A DNA stretch of 64,000 nucleotides from Alphaproteobacteria bacterium (GTDB lineage: Bacteria; Pseudomonadota; Alphaproteobacteria; Micavibrionales; UBA2020): NCBI GenBank assembly GCA_035437825.1, contig DAOMYX010000001.1, forward strand, positions 113,220 to 177,219, in the 5' to 3' direction. Position 1 is the first letter of the stretch; every line of letters starts with the position of its first letter. Position numbers and translations under genes: made by a program. The notes under the pieces are model-generated. The model saw only the letters and a program-made list of their open reading frames with translations. It was not told where the DNA came from and did not search any database. Positions 61,364 through 64,000 of the stretch are shown one piece after another.

Positions 61364-63062
61364 TATAGGCCACAGCTTTTTTATTCTTGTTCGCGGCATC
61401 CGGCGCCGGTTTGCGAAACGGCTGCATCAACCTGTCATAGTTCTGGTCAAGGAAAGCCAGCGTTGCGCCCGTAATGCCCGCGACGTTAAGAGCGGTGGGG
61501 CCGATGCGCCCGCCCGCGCCCGGGCGTTCAGGGTATTTATACGCCGTCACGGTCATGTGGCCTGCAACAGGCACGCCGATAACGCTGATACCTTTGGATG
61601 CCGCGCCCTGCGCATCGACAAGCGAAAACCCGTTCGTGACTGCAACACCCGCCTTCGTCCAGTGCGGGGTGGCTTTACCGTTTTCCAGCAGATCGGCCCA
61701 CAGCGGGTCGCGCACCACGGATTTTTTGGGGTCGAAGCTGACGCTATTGCCCATGCCCGAAAATACGAAATCATGCGTGCCGACGCGCGTGGCGGGCTGC
61801 GCCTTCAGGTTCAGGATGGAGGCAAGCTTTTCAATGAAATTTTCAGGCGCAGGCGATGGCGTATAGATGGTTTCCATCTTGCCGTTCACTTCGCGGATGC
61901 TTTGAATGCTGGCGGCGACAACCTGAACCCGTCCGCTGTTCATGGCCTGACGGACGCAGCGGCCAATATCCGGCGTCACGCCGACGCGGTTTGTGGTCAG
62001 CAGGACATCGTGTTTTGAAAACAGCTGCGCGAGCTGTTGTTTCGGGAATTTTTCGGCAACCTGCGGCACGAAACGCTCCCAGTAGGTGATGATTTCTTCG
62101 GATGTATATCCCGCGCGCGTCAGTTGCTTGAATTCCTTGACGATGGATTTGACAAGGCCGGGCACTGTCGTCGCCTGCATAAACGCGGGCGGCGTTTTGG
62201 TGAAGGGGAGTTCGGATTCCGGACGCGGCTCCCCACGCAGGCGGCTCGCCATATATTCTTCGACGGGGGTGTCTTCGTAAGGCTTATGCATCAGCGCGCG
62301 GCGGGACATCATGGTGATTTTGCCTTCGTGGCCGCTGTGGATAAGCCTTGCGGCGATGTCCATGGAGGTCAGGCCGGTGCCGATAATCAGCACATCGCTG
62401 TTTTTGTGTTTGCACACATGCGCGAAGAAATCATTCGCGGATTTTGAATAAGGCGTTTCGATGAAACGCGGGCTGTTCGCGGCAGCTGCAGCGAATTTGG
62501 GCGCCAGCGCATCTTGAAAACCGGTGGCCAGTACAACGTGCGCGCATTTAATTTTCTCGCCGCCATCCAGTGTAATGGTGGTGTGGTTTTTATGTTCGGC
62601 GACTTTGGTTGCCTGTGCCATGACATAGCTGACGCGCGCCTTGCTGCCGGCTTTTTCAATCGCAAGGCCGACCAGATGTTGCAGGTAATCGCCGTACAGC
62701 TGGCGCGGCGGGTTGGTCAGGCATACAGACATGTCCGGATTTTTCTTGGACAAATCCTGAATGTATTCAACAAAAGTCGGAAAGCCCGCGGGCTGCATAC
62801 CGGCAGGGAACGGGTTGACGCGTTTCGCGCCGATGTTCAGGTTATGCTTTTTATATTCAGGCGCTTTGCCGTAGGCGAGGCCGGCGTGTTTTTGTTCTTC
62901 CTTGCGCTCGACCAGACGGATATCGACGGGCGATGTAATCGTTGCGTCATCGGCGATGCGCAGCAGGGTGTGCAAAAGAACAGATGTGCCCGCAAAACCG
63001 CAGCCGACGATAACAAAGGGCTCGCTGGCCGTTGAAAAGGAGCTTTTGGGCGACTTGGGCAT
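61335..63062 (-). CDS. FAD/NAD(P)-binding domain protein of unknown function
   Basis: 575 aa. N-terminal Rossmann dinucleotide motif FVIVGCGFAGTS, and a second one, VLIIGTGLTSMD. Its 3' end overlaps metF by 29 nt (convergent). Confidence 0.7.
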   Translation of the reverse strand: MPKSPKSSFSTASEPFVIVGCGFAGTSVLLHTLLRIADDATITSPVDIRLVERKEEQKHAGLAYGKAPEYKKHNLNIGAKRVNPFPAGMQPAGFPTFVEYIQDLSKKNPDMSVCLTNPPRQLYGDYLQHLVGLAIEKAGSKARVSYVMAQATKVAEHKNHTTITLDGGEKIKCAHVVLATGFQDALAPKFAAAAANSPRFIETPYSKSANDFFAHVCKHKNSDVLIIGTGLTSMDIAARLIHSGHEGKITMMSRRALMHKPYEDTPVEEYMASRLRGEPRPESELPFTKTPPAFMQATTVPGLVKSIVKEFKQLTRAGYTSEEIITYWERFVPQVAEKFPKQQLAQLFSKHDVLLTTNRVGVTPDIGRCVRQAMNSGRVQVVAASIQSIREVNGKMETIYTPSPAPENFIEKLASILNLKAQPATRVGTHDFVFSGMGNSVSFDPKKSVVRDPLWADLLENGKATPHWTKAGVAVTNGFSLVDAQGAASKGISVIGVPVAGHMTVTAYKYPERPGAGGRIGPTALNVAGITGATLAFLDQNYDRLMQPFRKPAPDAANKNKKAVAYITGRRLPSP

Positions 63063-63195
63063 CGGCGATGCGTCCTTAGAAAATATGGATTTGATGAAAA
63101 CCTAAGAGAATTTACAGGAATTTATTAACATAATCAATAGAAATAAGGGGGTACCAACACGAATTTTGCCGGAAATTCGGGGTAAAACCAGCCCG

Positions 63196-63984
63196 TTAAT
63201 TGTTTTTCGGGCCGTCCTTGCGGCCGGCGTCGTATGCCTTGCGCCATGCCGCGCGCTGGTCGTCGTATTCACGCAAAAACGCGGTTATCGTATCCGGTAC
63301 GGCGGGGCGGGGCGTCTGCACAATCATTTCCTGCAAGGTACGCAGGCCGCTGTCTGAATCATCAATCCGGCGGTAGGTTTCCACCGCTTTGTCCACGCGC
63401 TGGCGGAACAGGGTTTCGTTTTGCGCGAAATCGCCTTCGCCGCGGTTCATCAGGTCATAAAGCCCTTCGGCATGCAAAACGTAGCAGGTGATTTTGCATT
63501 GCAGGACGAAGGATTCAAATTTCTCCGTCTCCACGCCGTAAGCTTTCAGCTGCCGCACGGCCGCGCCCGCAAGCCGCAGGGCGTCGAGTGCATCGTCAAT
63601 CAGCCCGCCTTGGCCAAGTTCATGATATTTTTCGCAGTATGTCTGCATACTGTCGTGCGCGCGGTGTACCTGCTGGGCGAAACGGTCGAGGATATCCAGC
63701 ACCCGCAGTTCGGCCAGTTTGTCATCCATGCTATGCACATGGGCGGCGCGGGTGAACTGGTCGAACAGGAAATGCGTCTGCGGTGCCTTGCTGGCGGGAC
63801 CGTTGTTGTCGAACTCGTTTTCGGGTCGTTTCAGGTTGCTATCGGCGCGGTCGATATCCGTCTGCACAAAACCGTTTTCAGATGCCGGCAGGACGCTGCG
63901 GTGCGGGCGGGCATGGGGTTGTCCTTTGGCGTCAAAGACATAACCTTCACGCTCGGCAAAGGCGCGGTAATGAACGAAGCCCAT
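63196..63984 (-). CDS. Hypothetical protein (frame stays open upstream to the window edge, so it may be longer)
   Basis: 262-aa ORF with host-like composition and a helical central part. I recognise no motif. Confidence 0.45.
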   Translation of the reverse strand: MGFVHYRAFAEREGYVFDAKGQPHARPHRSVLPASENGFVQTDIDRADSNLKRPENEFDNNGPASKAPQTHFLFDQFTRAAHVHSMDDKLAELRVLDILDRFAQQVHRAHDSMQTYCEKYHELGQGGLIDDALDALRLAGAAVRQLKAYGVETEKFESFVLQCKITCYVLHAEGLYDLMNRGEGDFAQNETLFRQRVDKAVETYRRIDDSDSGLRTLQEMIVQTPRPAVPDTITAFLREYDDQRAAWRKAYDAGRKDGPKNN

Positions 63985-64000
63985 CGCCTCCGCATCCGGC

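Overview
GC-rich chromosomal segment with alphaproteobacterial gene content and order: F0 operon atpI-atpB-atpE-b'-b, ybgC-tolQRAB, yebC-ruvCAB, prfB with its +1 frameshift, ctpA-envC-rlmH-rsfS-nadD and putA. I can support about 70 protein genes and one tRNA-Gly(CCC). I saw no rRNA, CRISPR array, transposase or integrase. Strong third-position G/C bias produces many long antisense shadow ORFs in the supplied track, and I rejected these. One real gene, a patatin-like phospholipase at the left edge, is missing from the track because it has no stop codon inside the window. The housekeeping blocks are interleaved with lineage-specific genes. (1) Six ankyrin-repeat proteins lack signal peptides. 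(2) Three of those ankyrin proteins plus two tiny co-operonic proteins end in the same basic tail, P-[PA]-x0-1-[ILV]-[KR]-[KR]-R. This is my best candidate for an undescribed effector or export-signal family. (3) A tandem ankyrin pair with a shared unrecognised C-terminal domain is inserted into the Phe/Tyr catabolic cluster phhA-maiA-fah-hppD, which has no hmgA. (4) Two adjacent secreted proteins share N- and C-terminal globular domains separated by coiled coils of very different length; the longer one carries a 14-aa (42-nt) repeat array. (5) Two paralogous GNAT-like proteins bracket a roughly 6-kb accessory block. (6) One protein ends in (VPDIS)n pentapeptide repeats followed by a Gly/Phe tail. 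(7) An ECF sigma operon is led by a secreted S/T/G/N-rich protein. Smaller oddities are a rhomboid-like protein with its catalytic Ser replaced by Gly, an ATP synthase b' with a signal-peptide-like extension, and RsfS with a Lys/Ala/Pro-rich extension. All functional calls rest on motif recognition by eye. No database search was run.
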